From NCBI RefSeq assembly GCF_000315625.1, contig NW_005434588.1, positions 62,001 to 126,000 on the forward strand: a stretch of 64,000 nt of DNA, in the 5' to 3' direction. The notes beneath the pieces are model-generated. The model did no database searches, was not told the DNA's origin, and was given only the letters and a program-made list of their open reading frames with translations. Origin of the DNA: Guillardia theta CCMP2712 (taxonomy: Eukaryota > Protista > Cryptophyta). Positions 33,663-52,619 of the stretch are shown piece after piece. The position numbers and the translations under genes are program-made. Position 1 is the stretch's first letter, and every line of letters starts with the position of its first letter.

Positions 33663-36331
33663 TTATTCGACCTGCTGTGGTTTCTCAGGTGCTTCAGTTT
33701 GTTCTGATTTCTTGAGAAACGTTGATGAGCGTCTTGAGGTGAAGAAGGATAAGTTACCTGCTGCCATGCTATCCGTTCCTTATGCTCCTCCCACTGTCTG
33801 ACTCGTGACGTCTGCGGTTGACCGATGATTTGCCTCATCTACATCATGACCATTACTGCCTCCTCCTCCTCCTCCTCCTCCTCCTCCTCCTCCTCCTCCT
33901 CCTCCTCCTCCTCCTCCTTCTCCATTCTTTCTACTTCTCTAGCGCCTCCACATGGGTTCAAACCTGAAAAGGCAGCAATTTCTTCTTGTAGCGGTCAAGG
34001 TTGGAGTCTGACTCTTCAGTTTTCTTCTCCTCTTCCTTCTTGGGCAGCTGTTTCAGCCACCTGTTTCACGTCAGAGTACAACAGAGCTGAATGTAGTCAG
34101 GGGGAGAGATTCAATGGCGATGGTCCGCGATGAGTGAAGGGAGGGAGGAGGGAGTGAGACACTGAAGATGATGGAGGTGATGAAGGTATAGAAAAGAAGG
34201 GAAAGGGTGCAAGAGAAAGGAGGAAAGCTGAGGAGGAGCGCAGCAGGGGTGGCACGAGGAGATATGGTGGTTGAGGAGGAGTGGGAGATATCTGTAGGAG
34301 GAGAGGAGGCAAGAGGAAGAGGAGGTCAGGAGGAGGTCAGGAGGAGGTCAGGAGGTCAGGAGGAGGTCAGGAGGTCAGGAGGTCAGGAGGAGACCTTGCG
34401 GAGGCAAAGGAGGTGGGCAATCCGTGAGCTCTCATCTCAAGTGCTTCTTCATTGGAGTTGTCGACGTTGATTGCGAAGGGAGCGAGCTCTTCCATCTGTC
34501 CGAGAAATGGTGAAAGGGAGTAGGAGGAGGAGTAGGAGGAGTAGGAGGGAGAGGGAGAGGGAGAGGGAGAGGGAGTGGAAGGAAGATGGGGAGGTATGTG
34601 AGAGGAAGGAGTTGGAAGAGGAGGGCTGGTACCGTAAGAGCGTCTTGGATGGCTCTTGTTCCATTTTCTATCCTCTCTCGCTGCAGCAGTTGTTCGCGTT
34701 CCTCCTGAGCTTCCCTGCGAGGAGGGAATGATGCAGATGGAGGAGCGCAGGGAAGGGAAGGGAGGAGGTAATGTCCGTCAGGAGGGGAAAAGAGGATATG
34801 AATGGGTAGTAGATGGTACGAGCAGGAGGAAAGGAGACAGGAAGGATTAGGACGACAGTCAGCATTTCAGAGGAGGAGAGGCCTTGCTCACCGGAGATCG
34901 GCTGGAATAGGAGCCTCTTCTTCTTTGTACAGCGTCATTTCCTGGGGGAAAGTCCAAGATCCCTGTTGGGAGAAGTGAGCATGAAAAATAATGTTGGGAT
35001 TTCACGTTTTGACCTCCTGGTATTGCTCTATCAATCTCGCATCGTCTTTCTTGAGATCCCCTGCCAGTCTCATCCCATCTTCACTCTCCTCTTCATCCCA
35101 TGGCGTCTTCTCATCTTGAAATTCCAACGCTCCTTGCTGAGGAAACTTGTGAACAAACAGCACCTTTCATCATTTGTAGACTTACCACCTGCACATTTTC
35201 TATCGCTCTCATTTCATTCTCCTCCTGCCTCTTCATTTCCAATCTCATCTGCTCTCGCTCGATCAGACCGTCGACGATTCTTTGCTCTCTTTCTTGCGCC
35301 GTCTCCTCCATGAGATCGTAGGCTCTGTTCTTGGGAGGAGCAATCAGTCCTGCATGTACGTCATTGGGCGCTCCTGACCACACAGAGCTAACGTTGGAAC
35401 GCCGACATGGCAGGAGAGTCGTCAAAAGCTTGCGGATAGGTGGGACGAGGAAACAGAGCATGGTCAGGAGGCTCTTTGATTTCTTCATCATCTACATCAA
35501 TCTGCCCAAAAGCTTTCCCTGCCAGAGGAGTGGGATCGAACGCCTGCTCTTGTACATGCTCCTGTTGCTCCTCCTCTACTCTCTCCTCGGTCCTGTCAGC
35601 TACCGGACCCATCAGACGTCAGTGATACGTACAGGATCTCTACCTGCTTTTCCCTCGGCCAGCGATCTCTTGGGATGGAAGCGGTTGGAAGGAGCCGCCT
35701 CCTTCAAAATCTTGAGGTGATCGCTGTGTGACACCGGTTTTCTCCTCCTCAGCAGCTCTTTGAACTTGAACAGGTTGAGCTCCCTGACCTTCACCTCGGA
35801 AGACTCTTCTTCAGCATCGGGGTTGAGAAAGTCCTTGAGCTCTCCGTTCCTGTGGAATATCTGCTGGTTGGTGAACAAGGGGCCCTGCGCCCCTTCCACC
35901 GGCTCATTGGCTGACGACCATGAAAACACTTCAGGCGAGCTCAGCCTTTCATCCATCAACTCCTCGTACATCTGGTCTATATCGTTCTCTTCAGTATTCT
36001 CAAGCACTTCATTCATCTCGTTCAGTCTCTCAACGAACTCAGGGTCGTCTTCCGAAGCATCATCGTCGTCCAGGTCCTGACTGTTGGGTCCCACGTAGAA
36101 GGAAGAAAGGTTCTGTGCGCTTAAGTTGAAGTAGCGGGCGTAGCTCCTGTTGAAGACTGTTGCTACTTGCCACATCATCTTACGGTCTGTCATCGTCAAA
36201 GGTAAATCCACTCCGAACATCTCCTCGAAGCTTGATCGGTTCCGCCCCCGCTCCGTCCTCATCGCATCCACGCTGACAAGGAGCCCAAAGAGCGAGATGG
36301 TGGCGAGAAATTGTAAACTCTTTCTTGTCAT
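32880..36331 (-). CDS. Multi-exon acidic protein with N-terminal signal peptide, unknown function; 3' end uncertain
   Basis: MTRKSLQFLATISLFGLLVSVDA, followed by a 239-aa first ORF and spliceable D/E-rich ORFs 35388-35612 and 35111-35350. Confidence 0.55.
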
Positions 36332-36418
36332 GTCCTATCCCTCACAAGACCACCGACTCTTGACACTGCTTTCCTCTTCGTCGTTCAGAGCTCCCTTCAT
36401 CACGCCTCCTCCATTATC

Positions 36419-37933
36419 TCATTGCTCTTCTGCTGCTTCACCACCACCTCTTGATTCCTCCTCCTCCTCCTCCTCCTCCTCCTCCTCCTCCTCCTCATCT
36501 CCCTCGATGCGCCTGCTCAGTGCCATTTCAACCTCTGCCTTCAGGCCATGCGTGTTGATGAACTAATAAAACTTCTCTGCCTTTTATATTTTATTTATGC
36601 AATTCTGAGGGGAGCTTGTATTGATGACCTCAAGGTACCCTCGACATGATCTTGAAGATCTTGCCCCTGCACAGCGATGTTTCTGGGAAGTCCATTGACC
36701 AACAGGGAAACTTCCAGCCATAGACACACAGGGAACTTCCTCTAAGTTACCAGCAAACTAGTTTCATCTTTATAGCACCATGATCTCTTCCTTCCTTCGA
36801 GGAAGAGCATTCCCAAGAAGCATCGGCATTGGTCATTGCAAGTGCAGAAGTGGCATGTCAGAGCCGCAGGACATTCCAAATGATATCGACAGTTGGTTTC
36901 CGTCATGTCGCCCTCTCCATGAACATAAATTTCTCGAACCCGGATAGTGTCAAATATACTGAGGATGCATCTGTTTTTGTTTGAAAAAGAAATGAACAAC
37001 AAGCTGCATGTCATGCGGCTGTAAACTAGGACTTTCTTCCTTGAAACTGCCTTTCTCTCATGGAAGCGAGGTACTCCTTCAGATTAGCGTCAGCAAACCT
37101 CATGGAGGTACCTCCCCCTTCACCTGTTCTCCTTTCATCTTCGTGATCTGAGCTTGATCCCATCGCCACCCCACCTTGTTCGTGTCAACTTCTTTGCGGC
37201 AAGACGTCAGCTCGAAGCATCGCATGCGCTCGTCCTCTGACCTTCTCCCTTCAGGCTCAGGGCAGATGATCTACCAAAGGGTGAGTAACGCTTGCCTCTA
37301 GTTGGAGTAACTCATGCACAATTGCCTTACTTCCTTGCCGATCTTGGCTTGATATACAGCAAGTTGCTATCCCTTTCTTCCTTTCTAGGAACCCGCGCCG
37401 ACATCAAAGCCTTGGGAAGTAAGAGGAGTGAGAACAGGTACAGCAGCTGTCATGTATCCTTACCCGTGATGGGTTTGATCGCATTTCAATAGCCTGTGTA
37501 CATGAACTTGTTACAAAGAAATCTCAGAAGTTGCAGACTTGATGACAACCTTCTGCACTTTTTCAGCGACCTGATATGCCCTGCGATGCCTTTGCCTCAC
37601 ACTGTCCTTTTTCCTATCTTCATCCCTCCTAGCCAGCACGGCTCTGTCTCGTTTGGAGGGACCTTGATGCAACTACATTGCGGCTGAGTACATCACACAC
37701 AAAAGTCTTCATCGAACCTTTGTTATCCCTCCATTCCTGAAGGCTTTCATTATCCTCTTCTCCTCCTCGTCCAGAGGGAGCCACTTCTGCAGCTTCTTCA
37801 GCAAGCCCCCTCCTCGTAATCGCAGCACAAAGACAGTGTTGCATCCAGCGATAGCAGTCTGATCAGCATGAACGATGTCTACACCATTGAACGCAAGGTG
37901 AGCCATCAACAGCAGTCCAGCGATCCTTGACAT
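36419..37933 (-). CDS. Multi-exon protein with signal peptide + VLRLRGG motif and a Cys-rich segment, unknown function
   Basis: First exon MSRIAGLLLMAHLAFNGVDIVHA..FVLRLRGGG. Internal CRYHLECPAALTCHFCTCNDQCRC frame. Last exon FINTHGLKAEVEMALSRRIEGD(E)n..EEQ*. Intermediate splicing not resolved. Confidence 0.5.
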
Positions 37934-38468
37934 GCAAACCCTGTCCCTTCTCAGGATCATGGTGATCTATCGAGCAGAGGAGGGAAGAGACAGGCACAAG
38001 GAGCAATGCGTGAGGTGTCTGGATGAGTTGACTTGTCTTCTCGTCATCATCTCTCCTTCTTGTCCCGCTATCCCCCTGCCCCGCATTGCGGCCGCATCTC
38101 CCCACGACCGCAGGTCCTCATACCCACTCAGACCGCTACACATCATCACCCTCATTTCCTGTATCTCTTCGAGTTGTACCTTTCATGGCGGCGCGACGGT
38201 GCGGGATGCGGGGGATGCGACAAGGGCGGTGACAGAGATGAAGATGTGCTGAGGGAGAAGAGGTGAAGGTACCTTGATGACTTGCCCATCTCTTGGTCCT
38301 GAATCAATGGCTGAAGGATGCTTCACCGGTCCTGACCCTGTCCTGGCTACCTGTAGTGCATTGGTCTTGGTGAGTTTCATAGATTTATGTGAGACCTTCT
38401 CTCTTCGATGGAGTTGTTTTGATGATTGCTCTGATACACCTTCCCCTTTCTAGAAACTTGTGAAGACC

Positions 38469-40338
38469 ATGAAGACCATCTCTAGTGGAGGAGAGTTTCA
38501 GCAAGTCCCGTACTCTGACGGTAACTGAACTCTGTGCCTGTGGTATGTCTTGCATCTCGATTCTGACTGCTCCTGGACGCAGGGCTGGTTTACAACACGA
38601 GGACGAAGAAGACTACACATGAGGTGAAAGATGAGGACTGTTGTACCATTCCGTGTCTGATGGGCGCTGGGTCGTTTGTAGCAAGCATTCTTCAAGCTGG
38701 GAGGGAAAAGTCCTCCTGCTCCGAACATTCGACTCATGTCAGATCTCCTGCTTTGCTGTCAATCGTACCCATTGACAAGCTTTCAGATGTCATGATGTCT
38801 TTGAAGGGAACGACAAAAGAGAAGTACGGGCGCTGGGTACCCGATCGATGGAGCATGATGTTTTTGTTGTAGATAGTCATCTCTGGAGATATGACATGGT
38901 CCGACACTTTAAATGTGTTACATGAATCGTATGGAAGGGTGATGAAGAGATTCTGATGATGGCGATGATGACGATGTTGACTTTCACTTGTACAGCCGAC
39001 GGTCTTCGAATATCAGAACCAGTTCTACAAGATGGGTGGGAAAGAGTCGTTCCCGCTAGTGATCACGGCTGATCGACTTGACAGAGCGGGTAGACGACGA
39101 GGACAAGTTCCTCAAGTTTTGCATCCTGCTGGAAAACTCAGCTCTGCATGTGAGAGGATGGTGACGTCTGTGAAGGACAAGGCGAGCTGAATGCCGTTGC
39201 TTGCAGAACAAGGAGCCTTCAAGGGAAGTTTTCGTGAGGTTCTGGGACAAGAAGGTATTGACTTTACTCCTTTCACATGGTCGATGTATTGAGATTGAAT
39301 CATAACAGCCGGCGACGGTTCAATCTCCATCGGATCAGATGAAGAATGTCTGGTTGTCTTCATCTCAAACTCTGTCTCATCAGTGCTCGCAACAGTCCAT
39401 GTCTGGACCAGTTGATACTGGCGAGCCCTGGAGCTCTGGCCTCTTTTCATGCTCCGGAGGTTTTCTAGACTTGCTACAAGTGAGTTTAGATGCCGATCCT
39501 GTTGTCTCGTCTGAGATCTCATCGCCTCTCAGGCTTGTTTCTGCCCTTGTCTGCCGTACGCCGCCATCTCGGCAAGCCTCGGTCAGAGCTATCGGTGAAG
39601 TTTGTGCTTATGTGGCGAAATAGCGCCTTGAGACATGTTGACTATTCCTGTCTCTACGAACAGGTCGAGCTGTTTGTGCCGCGTGTTCGGTTCCAGTCCG
39701 ATGACCCTCTTGTTGAGACAGAAATTCCGACGAACACACCAGGTGAAATATTGCTGTCTGTTGAGTTTGTTGGATGCTGACAAGTGGTGGAGATCTCTGA
39801 AAGAAATTCTCACGACATCGTCGCCTCATGGTCTTGTTTCTCTTGTTGTCTGGTTTGGTCGCAAACGAATTGAGAGACGATGCAGCTGCTGTGAACCTTG
39901 TGCTCTCGTTCAGATGCAACGACATCTGAAGGAGAAAGGGTCGGATGACACCAACGGCAAGGAAGATGAGGTTTGTTGACATGTTGACATGTTGACACAA
40001 TCCTGCTGACTTTGTCTCAGGAGAGCGCTAGCCATGCCTGGGAGGCTCCGCTTTGTTGCGATATTCGGGATAGCCAATCGTGCATTAGATGTTTGTTCGT
40101 GTGTTGTCAGATGAGGCCTTGACAACGCACTCTTGTCTCAGGGTTGACAGCCTGCTTTTGTAGCCCTTGTGTGTTCGGTAGGGTGCGAAATATCATGTTG
40201 CAAGGTAGGGGAGAGAAGCATCTGCTGCCAAGCTGAGGAGCTTCACAGGCGATGAGAAGAAGATCAATCGAACCAGTTGTCTCCTGTACTTCTGCTGCAT
40301 GTGTTCGCCGATGCTCTATGGGATGATTGGTATGACGT

Positions 40339-40393
<55 letters not shown>

Positions 40394-40747
40394 ATACTGA
40401 TACGGATTATGCAAACTTCTCATTTCGATTTTGAATTGCTTTGGACGGCAGGAGGTGCGTCAAGGACTCAGCTTCGTCTCGATCGTTCGCTCTCGGTCTT
40501 CTCTTCGTTTTCTTCCTCCTCCTCTCCTCTGAGTAGCCGCAGGGCTCTCCTTGCTCCGATTGCCTGCTCCACACCTTCTGCTCCTCCTGTGCTCTCTATC
40601 AAGAGGTGAGAATAGATCTGTTTTCCCACCTCGTTGTCATCGTCCTCGTCCTTGTCCTCCTGCTCCTCGTCCTCGTCCTGCTCCTCGTCCTTGTCCTGCT
40701 TCTCGTCCTCGTCCTGCTCCTCGTCCTGCTCCCCCTGCTCTTCCTCG

Positions 40748-40780
<33 letters not shown>

Positions 40781-41240
40781 CCGTACTGCTCCTGCTCCTG
40801 CTCCTGCTCCTCCTGCTCCTGCTCGTCGTCCTCGTCATCCTCGTCCTCTTCCTCCTTACTGGCTGTAGGCTGTGACCGTTGGCATCTGGCCGAAGCGAGC
40901 GACTTCAAAGAAACCCAAGGGGCAGAAGAGCAGGAAGAAGGACAAAGCAGAGGAGGGCGAAGAGGAGCAGGAGCAGGAGCAGGAGGAGGTGCAGGAGAAA
41001 GGAGAGAAGAAACAAGAGGACAAAGAAGAGAAGAAGGAAGATGGAGGCGAGAAGGGGCAAGGGAAAGAAGAGCAGAAAGGAGAGGATGGAAAGGAGGAGG
41101 ACAAGGATGGAAATGTCGACCGAGACGCCGAAGGAGGAGAAGCAGGAGGGGTTGGCGACGACTCGGATCGACAGGAAGGGGAAGAAGCAAAGAAGAAGGC
41201 GGAGCAGGCGCCGATAGATCCTGATAACATCGCAGTGTGA
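38469..41240 (+). CDS. Putative intron-rich gene of unknown function with a charged K/E-rich C-terminus
   Basis: Run of short +strand exons bounded by CAG/GT (e.g. NKEPSREVFVRFWDKK; ELFVPRVRFQSDDPLVETEIP; LRFVAIFGIAN), ending in ORF 40872-41240. Confidence 0.4.
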
Positions 41241-41385
41241 TGAAGAGACGAGCAGCAAAAGACTTTCATTAGAATTGAAAAGAAATGTCAACTCTTGCGA
41301 AGTGATTCTATTTTCCAGCTTGTTCTCGAATTGAAATTTCATCGTGAGTTGATTACCATCTCGTCGCCTCCCAAGATGGTCTCAC

Positions 41386-45173
<3,788 letters not shown>

Positions 45174-45974
45174 NNNNNNNNNNNNNNNNNNNNNNNNNNN
45201 NNNNNNNNNNNNNNNNNNNNNNNNNNNNNNNNNNNNNNNNNNNNNNNNNNNNNNNNNNNNNNNNNNNNNNNNNNNNNNNNNNNNNNNNNNNNNNNNNNNN
45301 NNNNNNNNNNNNNNNNNNNNNNNNNNNNNNNNNNNNNNNNNNNNNNNNNNNNNNNNNNNNNNNNNNNNNNNNNNNNNNNNNNNNNNNNNNNNNNNNNNNN
45401 NNNNNNNNNNNNNNNNNNNNNNNNNNNNNNNNNNNNNNNNNNNNNNNNNNNNNNNNNNNNNNNNNNNNNNNNNNNNNNNNNNNNNNNNNNNNNNNNNNNN
45501 NNNNNNNNNNNNNNNNNNNNNNNNNNNNNNNNNNNNNNNNNNNNNNNNNNNNNNNNNNNNNNNNNNNNNNNNNNNNNNNNNNNNNNNNNNNNNNNNNNNN
45601 NNNNNNNNNNNNNNNNNNNNNNNNNNNNNNNNNNNNNNNNNNNNNNNNNNNNNNNNNNNNNNNNNNNNNNNNNNNNNNNNNNNNNNNNNNNNNNNNNNNN
45701 NNNNNNNNNNNNNNNNNNNNNNNNNNNNNNNNNNNNNNNNNNNNNNNNNNNNNNNNNNNNNNNNNNNNNNNNNNNNNNNNNNNNNNNNNNNNNNNNNNNN
45801 NNNNNNNNNNNNNNNNNNNNNNNNNNNNNNNNNNNNNNNNNNNNNNNNNNNNNNNNNNNNNNNNNNNNNNNNNNNNNNNNNNNNNNNNNNNNNNNNNNNN
45901 NNNNNNNNNNNNNNNNNNNNNNNNNNNNNNNNNNNNNNNNNNNNNNNNNNNNNNNNNNNNNNNNNNNNNNNNNN
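45174..45974. other. Assembly gap (other gaps at ~43905-44005 and ~48642-48871)
   Basis: Runs of N, each adjacent to simple repeats. Confidence 1.
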
Positions 45975-46106
45975 NGAGGAGAGGAGAGGAGAGGAGAGGA
46001 GAGGAGAGGAGAGGAGACGAGACGAGATGAGACGAGATGAGACGAGACGAGAAGGGAAGGGAAGGGAAGGTAATGAATTGGATGAGATGAGTTGAGATGA
46101 GTTGAG

Positions 46107-48468
46107 ATGAGGGGGTTGTATCTCCTTTGCACGCTTCTCCCGTTGCTCCCTCCAATCCAGAACTCCCTCATCCTGCAGCCTCTTCCTTCGCAGCTCATGC
46201 CAACCAGACTGAGGGGTGGGTCTGTGCACGGACGAGGCAAGGTCCAGGATATAGTTGACGGCGACTTCGACGACGGCATGTGCCCATGTGGCGATCCGAG
46301 CTGCACGAGCAGGCTGAAGCACCCGCAGACGGCAGAGGACTTGAGGAGGAAGCGGTACAACGACATCGCCACTGAGCATCTCCAGAAGCTCGCCAAGGGG
46401 GAGCCTGCCACCATGGAAGAGCTGCCGATGGACATGCAGGAGTGCCTGGTGCACGAGATCCGCCATGGCGAGCTCAAGGAGATGTTCAAGCCAGTGACGC
46501 CATGGTGGAAGGTAGCGCCCTTCGGGAACATCTCGCGAGCTGAGGGAGACAAGAGGGACGTCGCCTGCTCCAAGGGGGTGGAGGAGACGTCAGAGAGTAT
46601 CGCCTTCAACGGGAGGGAATGCGGGTCGTACAGTTGGGCGCAGGACAGGGAGAAAGTTTGTTTCTTCATGTTTGTAGACAAGCAGGTTCAGAGCAAGCAG
46701 ATTGACGTGCGAGTAGCACTGCAATCGCTACTAGTCTCCATCGACAAGGTCCCGATCCAGAGCATCCGGCTGTCGTATCCTGTGCGGTGCAGCGAGGAGG
46801 CGACTGAGGACTGTTGGGGGCTGACGACAATGATGGGGAGGAAGCTACTCAAAGTCACTCTGTACAAGAGCATGCTAGGGCTGCCGGTAGACGCGCCGGA
46901 GCGAGCGGAGGGCTTGTGGTGGAGGTCGTTTTCTACCCTGGAAGAAAAGATGCCAGAGGATAGAGTTGTAGACAAGAAGTCGAGCATGGAAGAGGTAGTC
47001 CTGCGGCACCAGAAGCCATTTCATGCTCCTCCTCCAGTCGGTGTCGAGATCGATCCAGAAGCCCTCAACTTCCAATGGTGCGAGCATTTCGACCTGCAGT
47101 TCCTCGACGTCCTGGTCGCCTACTGCTCGGTCTACAGGTGGGATGTGGGGAGAGAGGAGGAGGACGAGGAGGAGAAGGAGGAAGGGGGAAAGCAGGGTGA
47201 CTTTGTGTGCACAGGCAAGTGAATGGTAGGATGACGGAGGATCCTGTCGGAGTCAGCTCCATGCTTCAATCCTCGTCGCACTCGCTGCGGCTCCTGCGGG
47301 ATCGCAGCTTCACTTGCTACGCTCAAGTTCTCAGCTCTGCAGCCTTGGAGCTGCACCCGCTAGTCTCAGGGACAGCGCAGGAGAAGAATCTGCTGATGCT
47401 GCAGATCCTTCAGGACGTTGAGGCGATCCTGTCCAGCTACGAGGCTCCTTTCTACGCCCTCTCAGGCTGCCTTCAAGTGATGGAGAAGGCAGAGGCGATC
47501 CTCTGGGAGAAGGCGGAGGAGGGCGACAGAAAACTGATCACGTCCAAGGAGGTCGAGGAGGTAACGCTCTCTTCCACCTCCCCCCCTCCCTCCTCCTCCG
47601 ACGACGACGACGAAGAGCACGAGGATCGCATGGTAGCAGTTCATGACCCTGACAAGAGCAAGCGCATGCTCATCAGCAAGAACAGTCGTCGTGAGAGCCT
47701 GGAGCTCGCTTCTCGAGCTGACGACCTCAGCTTGGCTTGTGAGAAGGTCCAGGACATCCTCAGCTGTCTCTGGGTCGCCAACATGTCGTACAGAGATGAG
47801 GTCAGCCACGAGCTGAGATGTCTACCCCAGCTGACTTCCAGCAGATGCTGACGGAGGTGAGAAGAGCGCAGCAGGCCCACATATTCTGCTCGACCATCGA
47901 GAACTTGACGTTGGTGGACCAAATGACGGTGACGAGTGACGTGTACAAGGTGCCTGTCAGTCCCCGTTGACGAGCTGAGAAATGACAGCGTCAAACTCCC
48001 CCAGCACTTTGCCATCAGGGACTACATCATTGAGGATCAGCGACGCCTTGTCAAGCTGGCGGAAGAGAAGATGAAGGTTTGACAAGCTCTAGAGTCGCCA
48101 AGGCCCTGCTGACGTCGCCCTGCAGCAGCCTCCCGTCAAGTATTCAAGCTCCTCCAGCTGGTCAGACCCGGAGTTCTTCTATTTCGGGAGGGCAAAGGGG
48201 CAGGAGGCGGAGGAGGAGGAGGGAGAGGAGGAGGGAGGAGCTGATGAGCGTGAGGAAAATGAGGATGAGAATAGAGGAGGCAACAAGGGAGAAAAAAGCA
48301 GCAGGGGAAACAAAGGAGGAGGAGGAGGAGGAGGAGGAGGAGGAGGAGGAGGAGGAGGAGGAGGAGGAGGAGGAGGAGGAGGAGGAGGAGGAGGAGGAGG
48401 AGGAGAGACTGGGGTTGGGACGAAAGAAGACTAAGATGAAGCATTTGATCAAGATAGAGCAGGAGTAG
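46107..48468 (+). CDS. Signal peptide + RLRGG protein with a ZNHIT2-like body interrupted by a CS (p23/NudC-like) domain
   Basis: CS-like 'YSWAQDREKVCFFMFV..KQIDVRV..LSYPV..DCWGL..LKVTLYK..WWRS'. ZNHIT2-like segments 'IRHGELKEMFKPVTPWW', 'FLDVLVAYCSVYR | VNGRMTEDP' and 'ILQDVEAILS..ALS'. Confidence 0.6.
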
Positions 48469-48976
48469 GAGCTGGGTATGAAGAAGATAGGAGAGGGTAC
48501 GGGGAGGAAAGGATGGAGATTCACGATGGGAGCGAACTGAAATTCGTATGTGGCTCCTATACTGAAAGACGAGGAGTGACAGACAACAAATTTACAAAAC
48601 CTCTTTTGATATCCTTTTCCTGCTCCTGCTCCTGCTCCTACNNNNNNNNNNNNNNNNNNNNNNNNNNNNNNNNNNNNNNNNNNNNNNNNNNNNNNNNNNN
48701 NNNNNNNNNNNNNNNNNNNNNNNNNNNNNNNNNNNNNNNNNNNNNNNNNNNNNNNNNNNNNNNNNNNNNNNNNNNNNNNNNNNNNNNNNNNNNNNNNNNN
48801 NNNNNNNNNNNNNNNNNNNNNNNNNNNNNNNNNNNNNNNNNNNNNNNNNNNNNNNNNNNNNNNNNNNNNNNCCGTCTGAAAAGTCTGTGGACCCCCTCAT
48901 TCCTGCGGTCAATAGTTACTATAGGATCGGACAGAGATGGTAAGGAAGGCTTGCCAACAACTTAAGTGCGGCGCTC

Positions 48977-51367
<2,391 letters not shown>

Positions 51368-52619
51368 AACTTCTTTGCTATGTCGTCACCTCTCACCTCA
51401 TCCTCCCTCCTCTCTCCTCCCCTCCCTTCTCCTCTCCTCTTCTCTCTCCTCTCCTGATCTATTCTCTCTCCCTCCCTCTCCTCCTCCCTCTCCCACCATC
51501 TTTATCCTCGTACATCACCATCAACCTCCACACCGTATCCCTCATCCCCGCTCATATGAACATTCACCGGGGCCAGCACCGGGGCCCGCCGGGCCCGGGA
51601 CACTGAAGCACCCGTCTGACTCCTGCTTGTTTTAGAGGCGAGGCCGTGCCCTGTATACCTTTCAAGGTGTTTCCACCCAGGTTTCCACCCCCCTTTGGTT
51701 CCATACCCAGGCAATTCAAGGAAATATGACGGGTAGTGCAGAGAGAATTGGACTACCCCTACCCAGGGAAAGCCAAAAATACCTCTACCCGAGATTGGTG
51801 TGTCACCAAACCTGTAAACAGACCCCCCATTTTACCGACAAACATACCCACCCTCCCGACACGATAAAATGGCAGTCCCCAGGGGAAGAAAGAACGCAAC
51901 GTTTCGAATCACAGTGACTACCCACCCTCCTCCCGGTCGTTTTCGCCGCACCCTACCCAGAAACCAAATCAAACGGATGAATGAACCCCTGGATAACCCC
52001 AATGAAACCTGGAAAATGTCAGGGGGTGGGTCCAATGTAGGGAGGGTTTCAATCCTCGCAGGGGTAGTAATAGTAGTGGGATAATAACTTTAGTAAAAGT
52101 AAACGAGGAGATTATCTAGAGATGGGAATACTTAAAAGAATAAAATGAGGTTATAGTAGTAGGAAGGTATAGCAAGAGCTACAACTTCATAAGTGGTAAA
52201 GGGTCTTAGCATGGGGAGGCTGACCAAAACTGTTGTTATTATATTAAAGATGATTTTGAATGATACCCACTATCATAAATATCAATATTTTTCTCCGAAA
52301 ACACAAACTTTCATGAATTCAAGGTACGGGAAGTTTCTCTATATTTATATTTGAACATATTTGGATAATATTATTGTATTGACGCAATTGTCGTCCCTAC
52401 ATACAAGTTTTTTGAGATGAGATTTCTCCTAGAGATAGTACCAGATCTCAACTGGTACTGAAATTAATAACCACATAGAGAGCATTTATATAAGAGATGT
52501 GAGGCCCCCATGCGGTGACCACGAAGCGAGCAGAAGTGCTGGGAGAGGACGATCAGAGGAGAGAGAAGGAGGGAGGAGAGAGAGGGAAGGAGAAAGGGAG
52601 GGAAGAAAAAATTCCCGTG

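Noticed and set aside
40020-40080. 'VAIFGIAN' as a Cdc6/Orc1 AAA+ sensor motif
   Set aside because: No Walker A/B found in the surrounding exons; too little evidence.
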